A DNA stretch of 64,000 nt from an uncultured Chloroflexia bacterium. Its GTDB lineage: Bacteria; Chloroflexota; Limnocylindria; QHBO01. The position numbers were made by a program, and so were the translations under genes. Below are positions 10,898 to 19,667 of this stretch, piece by piece. The stretch lies in NCBI GenBank assembly GCA_963825525.1, contig CAWGTN010000002.1:1216001-1280000 (forward strand). Direction: 5' to 3'. How positions within the stretch are numbered: position 1 is the stretch's first letter; each line of letters starts with the position of its first letter. The notes under the pieces were generated by a model. That model saw only the letters and a list, made by a program, of their open reading frames with translations. It had not been told where the DNA came from and did no database searches.

Positions 10898-11684
10898 GGA
10901 GCGTGACCACCGCGATGAGCTCGTTGGGAACCGAGACCTCGGTCACGTCGACCACACGCGACGAGGCCGCAAGCAGCCTCTCGAGGCGATCCCGATACGC
11001 GCGCTCCATGCCTCGACCTCGACCGCCGAGGGAGCGCGTCGTGAAGCTGACGACTGCGTGCCGGACCCGCAGGCCCGCGATGAGCCGGTCCGCCGCCGCC
11101 GGGTCCTGCCGATCGAGGGTTGTGACCAGCTTGAAGAGCAGCCCGACGTCGGCGACGTCGGTCGGGGGACGCGCGACCAGGTCCAGGACCTCGACGCCGC
11201 CGGGCTGGCCGACGAGCTCGAGAAAGGCGGCGACCGTCCGCAGCACGCGCAGGTCAACATCGGATGCGGTAACCCGGGCGTCCGCGGCCAGGCCCATCCA
11301 CGGCAGCGTGAGCGGATTCAGTCCGCATCCGAGGTCCAGCACCGACTTCGGTTGGCCGGTGACGGCCCAGATGGCCGGGTAGAGATCATCGAGGACCGCG
11401 ACACGTTCGCTCGTCGAGGCATGGGCACGGAGGACGCGCACGCAGGCGGCACGGAAGCCGGGATCGGTCAGCTCGCCGCTCCACGCCGCGGCCATGCCCG
11501 CATCGGAGATGGCTCCTCGGAACGCCCCCACAGCCTGGTGGAGCCGCCGCTTCACGCGCTTCACCGTCTCATCCGGCGACCTGGACGGGGCCATCTCGTC
11601 GTCCACCAGCCGACCGAGGAACGCGGGAGCGACGTCACGGTACCGGGAAGATTCGAGCACGCGGTCCACGATCTCGCGCGTCAC
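10890..11684 (-). CDS. 16S rRNA (guanine(1405)-N7) methyltransferase, ArmA/Rmt/FmrO family
   Basis: RRLHQAVGAF, HASTSER, LDLGCGLNPL, LLFKL, VSFTTRSLGGRGRGMERAY, NEL; GTGA overlap with the rsmI stop. Confidence 0.88.
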   Translation of the reverse strand: MTREIVDRVLESSRYRDVAPAFLGRLVDDEMAPSRSPDETVKRVKRRLHQAVGAFRGAISDAGMAAAWSGELTDPGFRAACVRVLRAHASTSERVAVLDDLYPAIWAVTGQPKSVLDLGCGLNPLTLPWMGLAADARVTASDVDLRVLRTVAAFLELVGQPGGVEVLDLVARPPTDVADVGLLFKLVTTLDRQDPAAADRLIAGLRVRHAVVSFTTRSLGGRGRGMERAYRDRLERLLAASSRVVDVTEVSVPNELIAVVTLRG

Positions 11685-12511
11685 CGCCCGCGCGCTGCCA
11701 GCACGAGGGCGTACGCGTCCCGCTTCGACAGCCCGTGACGCTGGATCAACAGCTCCTGGACGGCGCGCGATGGCGTGTCGTGCGACAGAAGCAGGTTGGC
11801 ATCGGCAGTGGCCGCATCGACCGAGGGCGAGCGATCGAGCGCCCCACCGACCAGCAGCGTGCACTCACCCCGAATGTCGCCCTCGCGCTCGAGGCCCTCG
11901 ATGAGGGCGGAAACCGAGGCTCGCTGATAGTTCTCGTGTGACTTCGTGATGCTGCGGGCCAGGCAGGCGGGGCGATCGCCAAGCACCGAGAGTACGTCGC
12001 CCAGCGTGGCCACCAGACGTCGGGGCGCCTCGAAGGCGATCAATGTCGCCGGATCGTCGCGCAGCGCCGCGAGCGCCGATCGTCGCGCGGCCGACGTGCG
12101 CGGCAGGAAGCCGATGAAGCGGAACGGATGAGGCGGCAGGCCGGAGACAGCCAGGGCGGTGGTCACGGCGGATGCGCCCGGGAGGCTGGTCACCTCCACC
12201 CCGGCCTCGAGGGCGGCACGTACGAGCCGATAGCCGGGATCGCTCACGAGCGGCGTTCCGGCATCGGACACCAGGGCCACGTCTTCGCCCGCCACCAGGC
12301 GCGCGACCAGCTCGCGGGCCCGGCCCTCCTCGTTGTGATCGTGGTAGCTGACCGCCGGCGTCTCGATACCGTGCCGCCGCGCCAGGGTTCGGAAGTGCCG
12401 CGTATCCTCGGCGGCCACCACGCCGACCGCGCTGAGGGTGGCGATGGCGCGCAGGGTGAGGTCGTCGGGATTTCCGATCGGAACGGCCACGACGAAGAGT
12501 CGCCCGCTCAC
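11681..12511 (-). CDS. rsmI: 16S rRNA (cytidine(1402)-2'-O) methyltransferase
   Basis: VPIGNPDD, AAEDTR, VSDAGTPLVSDPG, LPGASA, GFLPR, RGE. Confidence 0.95.
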   Translation of the reverse strand: MSGRLFVVAVPIGNPDDLTLRAIATLSAVGVVAAEDTRHFRTLARRHGIETPAVSYHDHNEEGRARELVARLVAGEDVALVSDAGTPLVSDPGYRLVRAALEAGVEVTSLPGASAVTTALAVSGLPPHPFRFIGFLPRTSAARRSALAALRDDPATLIAFEAPRRLVATLGDVLSVLGDRPACLARSITKSHENYQRASVSALIEGLEREGDIRGECTLLVGGALDRSPSVDAATADANLLLSHDTPSRAVQELLIQRHGLSKRDAYALVLAARGR

Positions 12512-12595
12512 GCTGAGATGCCGTCCATGGCTTGGAGCGTACCAGTCGCGGCGTGGAGTCCGGCAGTCGGCCACGGGCGCAGCTACGATCTGGAC

Positions 12596-13510
12596 GTGCC
12601 GGGACTGATTGAATGCGTGCCGAACTTCAGCGAAGGGCGGCGCGGCGACGTGGTCGAGCAGATCGTGCATGCCGTCGCGTCGATCGACGGAGTGACCGTG
12701 CTCGATCACACCCGCGACGTGACCCACAATCGCAGTGTGATCACGTTCGCGGGCAGCGCCGAGCCGGTGGTCAGGGCGGCGACGGCCGCGGTGGGTCGCG
12801 CCCTCGAGCTCATCGACATGTCGCAGCACCAGGGCGCCCACCCGCGCATCGGTGCGGTTGATGTCATCCCCTTCGTTCCGCTCGGACTCACCCGGATCGA
12901 GGAGTGCGTCGATCTGGCGCGTCGCTTCGGCGAGCAGATCGCGAGCCGATTCGACATCCCGGTGTACCTGTATGGCGATGCCGCCCTCCGTCCCGAGCGC
13001 CAGCGCCTGGCCGAGGTCCGGCGCGGCCAGTACGAGGCGATCCGCGACGAGATCGCGACCGTGCCGCATCGCGCCCCGGATTTCGGGCCACTGCGGGTCC
13101 ATCCTCGAGGCGGCGCCGTCGCGGTCGGCGCACGAAAGCCCCTCATCGCCTTCAACGTGAACCTCCGCACCGACGACCTGGCGGTGGCCATCAAGATCGC
13201 GCATCAGATCCGCGAGAGCTCGGGTGGCATGCCGGCGGTCCAGGCCATGGGCATCCTCCTCGAGAATCCCGGCCGGCCGCCGATGGCCCAGGTGAGCACG
13301 AACCTGGTGGACTGGGAGCGCACCGGGATCGCCCAGGTGGTCGGCGAGGTCAGGCGACTCGCGCGCGAGGCAGGGACGGATATCGATCACTGCGAGCTGA
13401 TCGGCCTGGCCCCCACGGGGGCGCTGCTCGAGGTCGCGGCCGACGCTCTCGGCCTCGCGGATTTCAGCGTCGATCAGGCGCTCGAATTGCGACTCGCGCG
13501 CGACCGCTGA
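12596..13510 (+). CDS. ftcD: Glutamate formimidoyltransferase
   Basis: IECVPNFSEGR, HNRSVIT, HQGAHPRIGAVDVIPFVP, LIAFNVNL. Confidence 0.93.
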   Translation: MPGLIECVPNFSEGRRGDVVEQIVHAVASIDGVTVLDHTRDVTHNRSVITFAGSAEPVVRAATAAVGRALELIDMSQHQGAHPRIGAVDVIPFVPLGLTRIEECVDLARRFGEQIASRFDIPVYLYGDAALRPERQRLAEVRRGQYEAIRDEIATVPHRAPDFGPLRVHPRGGAVAVGARKPLIAFNVNLRTDDLAVAIKIAHQIRESSGGMPAVQAMGILLENPGRPPMAQVSTNLVDWERTGIAQVVGEVRRLAREAGTDIDHCELIGLAPTGALLEVAADALGLADFSVDQALELRLARDR

Positions 13511-13566
13511 TTCAACCGGTGCGCGTGCGCACCGGGTGCCCGCTCGGTCTGGCAAGGCACATGCAT

Positions 13567-13580
13567 TGGACGTCGGTACC
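13567..13580. promoter_or_regulatory. Candidate operator nGKAC-N4-GTACC, copy 1
   Basis: TGGACGTCGGTACC; same architecture recurs at 17778, 21568, 21669 and 23005. Confidence 0.4.
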
Positions 13581-13639
13581 AGGGGGGATGCAACACCGGA
13601 CACAACGACGATGCAGCGAGAAAGACGCCCAAGGTATCG

Positions 13640-13810
13640 ATGAAGCCCACCGCCCGGACGGCTGCCCACAGCCGCCCCAACCGCCTGCTGATTGCCCTCG
13701 CGGCGGCCTGGATGATCCTCTCCCTCGCCATCGGCGGCGCCGTGAACGCGGGTTCGAGCCCGACAGGCGTCACGACCACCTCCGCGATCAGCGAGACCGT
13801 CCAGCCCTGA
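13640..13810 (+). CDS. Small 56-aa secreted or membrane peptide (absent from the ORF track)
   Basis: MKPTARTAAHSRPNRLLIALAAAWMILSLAIGGAVNAGSSPTGVTTTSAISETVQP; AAGGT upstream; GC3-rich codons; signal-peptide shape. Confidence 0.6.
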   Translation: MKPTARTAAHSRPNRLLIALAAAWMILSLAIGGAVNAGSSPTGVTTTSAISETVQP

Positions 13811-13848
13811 ACTCGGGCCCCGTGGCGTCGCGCTAGACTCGACGCCCC

Positions 13849-15501
13849 ATGAGCCTCCGGACCGACTTGACGCGAGCACTCGCCGATGCGCGAGACCGTG
13901 CCCTTGAGCGCGAGGGCTGGTCGGTGGCCGAGGGTCGGAGCCTCCCCGCCGTCGGCCTTGAACATCCGGCCAAGCCGGAGCACGGAGACTGGGCAAGCAA
14001 CGTGGCCATGCAGCTCGCCCCGGTCGTGCGCAGTTCACCGATGAGGATTGCCGAGGCGATCATCGCGAACTTTGAACCGACGCCGGCCGTGGCCGCCATC
14101 GAGTCCGCACCCCCGGGATTCCTCAACCTCAGGCTCGATCCGGGATGGGTCGCCGCGCAGGTTGGGCCGATCCGCGAGTCCGGACCCTCCTTCGGGCGGG
14201 CGACGATCGCGGAGCCACTCAACGTCAACGTCGAGTTCGTGAGCGCGAATCCCACCGGACCGCTGACGGTCGGCAACGCCCGCGGGGCATTCGTGGGTGA
14301 CGTGCTCAGCCGCGTGCTCGAGGCCGCCGGTCATCGCGTGACGCGTGAGTACTACTTCAACGACTACAACGAGCAGATCCGAAACCTGGGTCTCACCCTG
14401 CTGGCCGTTCGGCACGGCGAACCGGTCCCACCCGACGGGTATCACGGCGAGTACGTCAACGACCTCGCAGCGGCCGTGCCGGACGATGTCTGGAAGGCGG
14501 CCGCAGGCCCGGACGCCGATGCCGGTGAGATCCTCGGTCGATGGGCCTCGGATCGCGTCCGAAGCGGGATCGAGTCCAGCCTCGAGCACCTTGGGGTCAC
14601 CTTTGACGTGTGGACGAGCGAGGGGGCGCTTCACGCCGCGGGATGGGTCGAGCGTGGCATCGAACAGCTTCGCGCGGCCGGTCACATGTACGACGCCGAC
14701 GGGGCACTCTGGTTCCGCTCGACCGAATTCGGCGACGACAAAGATCGTGTCGTGATCCGCTCGAATGGACGCCCGACCTATTTTGCGGCGGACATCGGCT
14801 ATGTCGCGGAGAAGTTCAGCCGCGGATTCGATGAGCTCATCTACGTCTGGGGCGAAGACCATCACGGTACCGTCGCGCGCAACCGAGCCGCAGCCGTCGG
14901 GCTCGGCTTCAACGCCGATGCGGTGCGCTGGCCGCTGATCGCGTGGGTGCGCTTCGTGCGCGACGGCGTCGAGATCCCGATGAGCAAGCGAGCCGGGGAG
15001 TTCATCACCCTCGATGAGCTCCTCGCCGAGGTCGGAGTGGACGCCGCGCGCTGGTACTTCAGCTCACGCGCCTACACGACCGGCATCGACTTCGACCTCG
15101 AGCTCGCCAAGAAGCAGAGTAACGAGAATCCCGTGTACTACGTGCAGTACGCGCACGCGCGCGCTTCCTCGATCCTGCGCCTTGGCGCCGATGCTGGTCT
15201 CCGGCCCGACCCGTCGAACTCCGGTGCGTTGCTTCGGCACCCGTCCGAGCAGGCCCTGATCCATCAGCTGTTGGACTTCCCCGCCGCGTTGGCCACGGCC
15301 GCGGAGCGCCGCGAGACCCACGAGGTGCCCCGCTACTGCTACGAAGTCGCATCGGCGTTTTCGGCGTTCTATCGCGACTGCAAGGTGCTCACCGATGACA
15401 CGGCACTGTCCGGCGCCCGCCTGGCGCTGGTGGACGCCACGCGCGCGGTGCTCGCCAACGGCCTCGACCTGCTCGGAATCTCCGCCCCGGAGTCGATGTA
15501 G
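13849..15501 (+). CDS. argS: Arginine--tRNA ligase
   Basis: EFVSANPTGPLTVGNARG (HIGH equivalent), MSKRAG, NPVYYVQYAHAR, APESM. Confidence 0.97.
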   Translation: MSLRTDLTRALADARDRALEREGWSVAEGRSLPAVGLEHPAKPEHGDWASNVAMQLAPVVRSSPMRIAEAIIANFEPTPAVAAIESAPPGFLNLRLDPGWVAAQVGPIRESGPSFGRATIAEPLNVNVEFVSANPTGPLTVGNARGAFVGDVLSRVLEAAGHRVTREYYFNDYNEQIRNLGLTLLAVRHGEPVPPDGYHGEYVNDLAAAVPDDVWKAAAGPDADAGEILGRWASDRVRSGIESSLEHLGVTFDVWTSEGALHAAGWVERGIEQLRAAGHMYDADGALWFRSTEFGDDKDRVVIRSNGRPTYFAADIGYVAEKFSRGFDELIYVWGEDHHGTVARNRAAAVGLGFNADAVRWPLIAWVRFVRDGVEIPMSKRAGEFITLDELLAEVGVDAARWYFSSRAYTTGIDFDLELAKKQSNENPVYYVQYAHARASSILRLGADAGLRPDPSNSGALLRHPSEQALIHQLLDFPAALATAAERRETHEVPRYCYEVASAFSAFYRDCKVLTDDTALSGARLALVDATRAVLANGLDLLGISAPESM

Positions 15502-15503
15502 CC

Positions 15504-16820
15504 TCAGCTCGCCGCGTTGACCGTTCGCGTGACGAGCTCGTCAGTCGTCGCGTGGACAACCAGGATGTCGCCATCGGGCAGCTCGATGACCGTCGCGGCG
15601 AAATCGAACGTTGAGATGACCGATTCATAGGCCGTGATGAACTCGGTGGCGTCGGTGGCCGTGTCCCAGCTCAGGCGCCACAACGCGGCGAACTCGTCGT
15701 CCGGACCTGCGGCGACCACCACTCGATCACCACCCCACCCGGCGGCCGCCTCCCGGGCTTCGACGGGGGAGGTTCCAAAGTGCTCGAGCATGATGGCGAT
15801 CGTCGCCTGTCCGATCGGGGTTGCGTCCACGTCGCGCCACCCCGTGCCAAGCGCCCCCGCCAGGTCGACTGGGTCGATCTCGTCCGGACCCTCCCGTGGT
15901 TCCCACTTATCGACATCGATCACCTGCTCCGTGCTGTCGGGTGGATCGGCGAACGCCGCGTCCAGCTCGGTGAAGTCGGGCCGGGTCGGATCGCCACCGG
16001 CCAGGACGGTCGTCCAGTTGAGGCCGGCCTCGTACGGGAACGCGAGCTGCGCGACCATCCAGGACGGGATGCCGGTGGTATCGGGGATGTCGACGCTGCC
16101 GAAGTACTCGAGAATCTCGGACTGGCTGAGGTTCTGAAGCATCCAGGCCAGCATCGTCACCGTGGCATCGCCCTCGATCAGTGCCGTCCGAGCAAGTCCC
16201 CGGTCGTCCTCCCCGGGCACATCGATCTCGAGGCTGTCGAGGTCGAACGCGGCGTCCTGCAGCGCGTGGGTGTACTCGTGTGCGTACGTGATCCGAGCCG
16301 CCACGTCGAGGCCGGCATCCGACACCACCACCATCCGCCGCTCGATGTCGTCGTAGAAGCCGAGCACCTGGTCACCGAGCAGCTCGAGCTGAAGCTCGGC
16401 AACGTCCTCGTCGGGGGCCAGCAGTCCGAGGGCGCGAAGGGTGAGATTGTCCCGGTCACGTTCGTCCTGCGGATACTGCTCGTCGAACAGGGTCCTGAGT
16501 TCGACGGCCAGCTCCTCCCGGCTGATGATCTCCGCGGGGCCGATGTCCGGCGCCGGGAGGCCCCGGATGGCAATCACCTGCTCCTCGATATCCGCAAGGA
16601 TCTGCATCACCTCCGCATCGGTTGGGGCGGACCCGGCGGGGACGACGGACGGGGTCGGCGTGCTCGGCAGCGAGGGGGCCGATGGATCCGCACTGGCGGA
16701 CGACCCGGGGGATGGACCCTCGGCAATGCCGGCGCCGCCGGCCGACAGGCCGAGCACCAGCACGGCGATCACGACGAGGATGGCCACCAGGATCGAGACG
16801 AGGCGTTGCGGGGTCGACAT
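15504..16820 (-). CDS. Membrane-anchored or secreted zinc metallopeptidase (HExxH)
   Basis: N-terminal TM, S/P linker, AHEYTHALQD followed by ALIEGDA, FPY, GWGGD. Confidence 0.75.
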   Translation of the reverse strand: MSTPQRLVSILVAILVVIAVLVLGLSAGGAGIAEGPSPGSSASADPSAPSLPSTPTPSVVPAGSAPTDAEVMQILADIEEQVIAIRGLPAPDIGPAEIISREELAVELRTLFDEQYPQDERDRDNLTLRALGLLAPDEDVAELQLELLGDQVLGFYDDIERRMVVVSDAGLDVAARITYAHEYTHALQDAAFDLDSLEIDVPGEDDRGLARTALIEGDATVTMLAWMLQNLSQSEILEYFGSVDIPDTTGIPSWMVAQLAFPYEAGLNWTTVLAGGDPTRPDFTELDAAFADPPDSTEQVIDVDKWEPREGPDEIDPVDLAGALGTGWRDVDATPIGQATIAIMLEHFGTSPVEAREAAAGWGGDRVVVAAGPDDEFAALWRLSWDTATDATEFITAYESVISTFDFAATVIELPDGDILVVHATTDELVTRTVNAAS

Positions 16821-16920
16821 CCGCGCCATTCTACGCAGCCGTCTTCAAGCGACCGGCCAAGGTTCAGGTTTCTTAAGACGCGGCAAGCCCGCGGTTTAGA
16901 TCGGCCTCTTAGTGTTCACG

Positions 16921-17008
16921 GTGCGAGATGGAGATCCCCGTGGTTTCCGCCTCCACCCTCCCTCCTTCGAGCCCCGGTGTCATTGGGCGGGCACCGGGGC
17001 TCGTGCTA
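16921..17008 (+). ncRNA. Candidate small RNA with an anti-Shine-Dalgarno segment
   Basis: -10 TAGTGT at 16910-16915; hairpin 16925-16953; unpaired CACCCTCCCTCCTT; 12-bp GC stem 16968-16979/16992-17003. Confidence 0.5.
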
Positions 17009-17037
17009 TCTCCCGATCGGCTACCATCGGTGAACCG

Positions 17038-17679
17038 ATGGAGATCACCTGGTACGGGCGTGCCTGCTTCCGACTCAAGGGAAGAGAGGCCACCGTCATC
17101 ACCGACCCCTGCCCGCCGTCGACCGGCTTTGTCGCCGGGAAGCACGACGTGGAGCTGTTGACGATCAGCCACGATCACCCCGATCACAACTACACGCGCT
17201 CGATCAAGGCCGGCCTGACCCTCACCCGTCCGGGCGAGTACGAGTTCAGCGACCTCCTCGTGACGGGAATCCGGACGTTCCACGACGGCGAGGCCGGCTC
17301 GGTCCGTGGCGAGAACATGATCTTTGCCGTCGAGATCGACGGCGTCCACGTCTGCCACCTGGGCGACCTCGGACATCTGCTCACCGACGAGCAGGTCAGT
17401 GAGCTCGGGCCGGTGGATGTCCTCCTGGTTCCAGTCGGCGGCGAAACGACGCTCACCCCATCAGAGGCGGCGGAGGTCGTGTCCCAGATCGGACCCAAGA
17501 TCGTCATCCCCATGCACTTCGGCGTGGATGGCGCCTCGAAGGACCTCGGAGGCCCCGAGAAGTTCCTTCACGAGATGGCCACCGAGCCGATCCGGCAGCC
17601 CAAGGCGCAGTTCACCGTGAACTCGCTGCCTGACGAGACCCAGGTCGTCGTGCTGGAGGCTCGCGGCCGCACCGGCTGA
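17038..17679 (+). CDS. MBL-fold metallo-hydrolase (UlaG/UPF0173-like)
   Basis: ITWYG, TISHDHPDHN, HLGD, VIPMH. Confidence 0.9.
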   Translation: MEITWYGRACFRLKGREATVITDPCPPSTGFVAGKHDVELLTISHDHPDHNYTRSIKAGLTLTRPGEYEFSDLLVTGIRTFHDGEAGSVRGENMIFAVEIDGVHVCHLGDLGHLLTDEQVSELGPVDVLLVPVGGETTLTPSEAAEVVSQIGPKIVIPMHFGVDGASKDLGGPEKFLHEMATEPIRQPKAQFTVNSLPDETQVVVLEARGRTG

Positions 17680-17777
17680 GCTATTCACGCTGGCGGTCTC
17701 TGGTGCGTCCATGCACCGTGCGCCCTCCTGAGTTGATGCGATCTCGTGGCGTCCCCCGTACTTCCGCCGACGCCAGC

Positions 17778-17791
17778 GGTACTTCGGTACC
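17778..17791. promoter_or_regulatory. Candidate operator GGTAC-N4-GTACC, copy 2
   Basis: GGTACTTCGGTACC with perfect palindromic arms; extra half-site CCCCCGTAC at 17753-17761. Confidence 0.5.
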
Positions 17792-17891
17792 GAACCTGCA
17801 ATAGCTCTCCCTCTGGCGCCGGAGGGAGGCGCCCCGCTCACCGTCGCGACTCCATGCGCAATCCGTCGCGACAGCAAGGAAGGATCAGCCG

Positions 17892-19607
17892 ATGTTCAAC
17901 GGCTCTACCGACACCATCGCCACGTCCACTGCCCGGACGCTGCTCGCGATCGTCGCCGTCATTTCGCTCGCGTTCTCGGTGGTTGCGATCGCCGGCCCGA
18001 CGCTCGCGAATGACCACGCTGGGACCGATGTCCAGCAATCCACACCCGCGTCGTCCGATGGCGACAGCTCGGCCAGCCCGAGCGCCAGCGAGTCCGCCAG
18101 CCCGAGCGCCAGCGAGTCCGCCAGCCCGAGCGCCAGCGAGTCCGCCAGCCCGAGCGCCAGCGAATCCGCCAGCCCGAGCGCCAGCGAATCCGCCAGCCCG
18201 AGCGCCGAGCGCGACGTGACCGTGATGGTCATGAAGCACAACTGCGCCAACGTCACCACCGAGGGTGAGTTCGAGGCCGTCGAGGCACGTGCCGCGACCA
18301 ATCCGACGACCCCCGACGCCGCCTTCGGCCCGACGGTCGAGACGGTCCTGGAGTGCCCGACCGTGGTGCTCGACGGTGACGTCCAGACGCCCGGCGCGGT
18401 GGCCGGTGGCACAAGTGCCTACGACTTCACCGTGGCCGACGGATCGTCCATCCAGACCCTGAGCACCGACGGCGACTTCAGCCAGGTCGGCGCGTGCGAG
18501 ACCGACGTCGCCTACGACGCCACTCGCAACGGCACCCTGGACGCCGACGTGTGCCTCGACCTGAGCCACTACGGGTTTGATGTCGAGGATGGCGCGGTGA
18601 CCATCACCGAGACCGAGGCGCCCGCTGGCTTCTCGTTCGGTGCACTGCGCTTCACCCCCGGCAGCGGCGACAGTGCCGCCCTCATCTCCGCCGAGGCTGG
18701 CGTCATCGTGCTCGACACGACCGCCGACAGCGACGGGATGATCATGCTCCACGTTTACAACTTCGCCGACGCGGCGGAGGAGAGTCCGAGCCCAACGGCT
18801 TCGGAGGAGCCCGATCGCGACGTGACCGTGATGGTCATGAAGCACAACTGCGCCAACGTCACCACCGAGGGTGAGTTCGAGGCCGTCGAGGCACGTGCCG
18901 CGACCAATCCGACGACCCCCGACGCCGCCTTCGGCCCGACGGTCGAGACGGTCCTGGAGTGCCCGACCGTGGTGCTCGACGGTGACGTCCAGACGCCCGG
19001 CGCGGTGGCCGGTGGCACAAGTGCCTACGACTTCACCGTGGCCGACGGATCGTCCATCCAGACCCTGAGCACCGACGGCGACTTCAGCCAGGTCGGCGCG
19101 TGCGAGACCGACGTCGCCTACGACGCCACTCGCAACGGCACCCTGGACGCCGACGTGTGCCTCGACCTGAGCCACTACGGGTTTGATGTCGAGGATGGCG
19201 CGGTGACCATCACCGAGACCGAGGCGCCCGCTGGCTTCTCGTTCGGTGCACTGCGCTTCACCCCCGGCAGCGGCGACAATGCCGCCCTCATCTCCGCCGA
19301 GGCTGGCGTCATCGTGCTCGACACGACCGCCGACACCGACGGGATGATCATGCTCCACGTCTACAACTTCGCCGACGCGGCGGAGGAGAGCGTGAGCCCC
19401 AGTGCAAGCGAGTCAGCTTCACCGTCGGAAAGCCCGCGCGAGAGCGAGCTCGGCGGCAATCCGACACCCGCCGCGGGCGGCAATCTGCCGGACACCGCGA
19501 CGGGAGGTCCGGCCTCACCGCTGGTCCCGATGCTTGCCCTGATTGCGCTGGCGTCGTTCGGGCTCGTCGCCCGACGGAGCCTCGCATCGGTGATGGCCCG
19601 CCGCTAG
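17892..19607 (+). CDS. Cell-surface protein 1: signal peptide, SPSASESA stalk, two CnaB/pilin-like domains, LPDTA sorting signal
   Basis: AAGGAAGG RBS; E-box-like TITETEAPAGF twice; C-terminal NLPDTATGG, TM helix and Arg-rich tail. Confidence 0.85.
   Translation: MFNGSTDTIATSTARTLLAIVAVISLAFSVVAIAGPTLANDHAGTDVQQSTPASSDGDSSASPSASESASPSASESASPSASESASPSASESASPSASESASPSAERDVTVMVMKHNCANVTTEGEFEAVEARAATNPTTPDAAFGPTVETVLECPTVVLDGDVQTPGAVAGGTSAYDFTVADGSSIQTLSTDGDFSQVGACETDVAYDATRNGTLDADVCLDLSHYGFDVEDGAVTITETEAPAGFSFGALRFTPGSGDSAALISAEAGVIVLDTTADSDGMIMLHVYNFADAAEESPSPTASEEPDRDVTVMVMKHNCANVTTEGEFEAVEARAATNPTTPDAAFGPTVETVLECPTVVLDGDVQTPGAVAGGTSAYDFTVADGSSIQTLSTDGDFSQVGACETDVAYDATRNGTLDADVCLDLSHYGFDVEDGAVTITETEAPAGFSFGALRFTPGSGDNAALISAEAGVIVLDTTADTDGMIMLHVYNFADAAEESVSPSASESASPSESPRESELGGNPTPAAGGNLPDTATGGPASPLVPMLALIALASFGLVARRSLASVMARR
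18072..18206 (+). repeat. 24-bp coding tandem repeat (ASPSASES), about 5.6 copies
   Basis: Unit gccagcccgagcgccagcga(g/a)tcc. Confidence 0.95.
18210..19390 (+). repeat. Intragenic direct repeat of 575 bp (18210-18784 and 18816-19390, offset 606)
   Basis: Copies are identical by eye except three substitutions near their 3' ends. Confidence 0.95.
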
Positions 19608-19634
19608 CGGCTTCACCCGTACGGCAACAAGAGA

Positions 19635-19664
19635 AGGGCTCCCGGTTCCGACCGGGGGCCCTTC
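19635..19664. terminator. Hairpin terminator between convergent genes
   Basis: gaagggctcccggt-tccg-accgggggcccttc inverted repeat. Confidence 0.7.
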
Positions 19665-19667
19665 CTG

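Noticed and set aside
9812-12511. Mobile resistance island around the Rmt-like gene
   Set aside because: No IS, integrase, att site, flanking repeats or visible compositional shift
13511-13848. T-box riboswitch upstream of argS
   Set aside because: No AAnnnGGGTGGnACC T-box motif or terminator; the region holds a small ORF instead
11681-14038. 785-aa RsmI fusion
   Set aside because: The N-terminal ~510 aa are mostly antisense to ftcD and argS; real rsmI starts at GTG 12511
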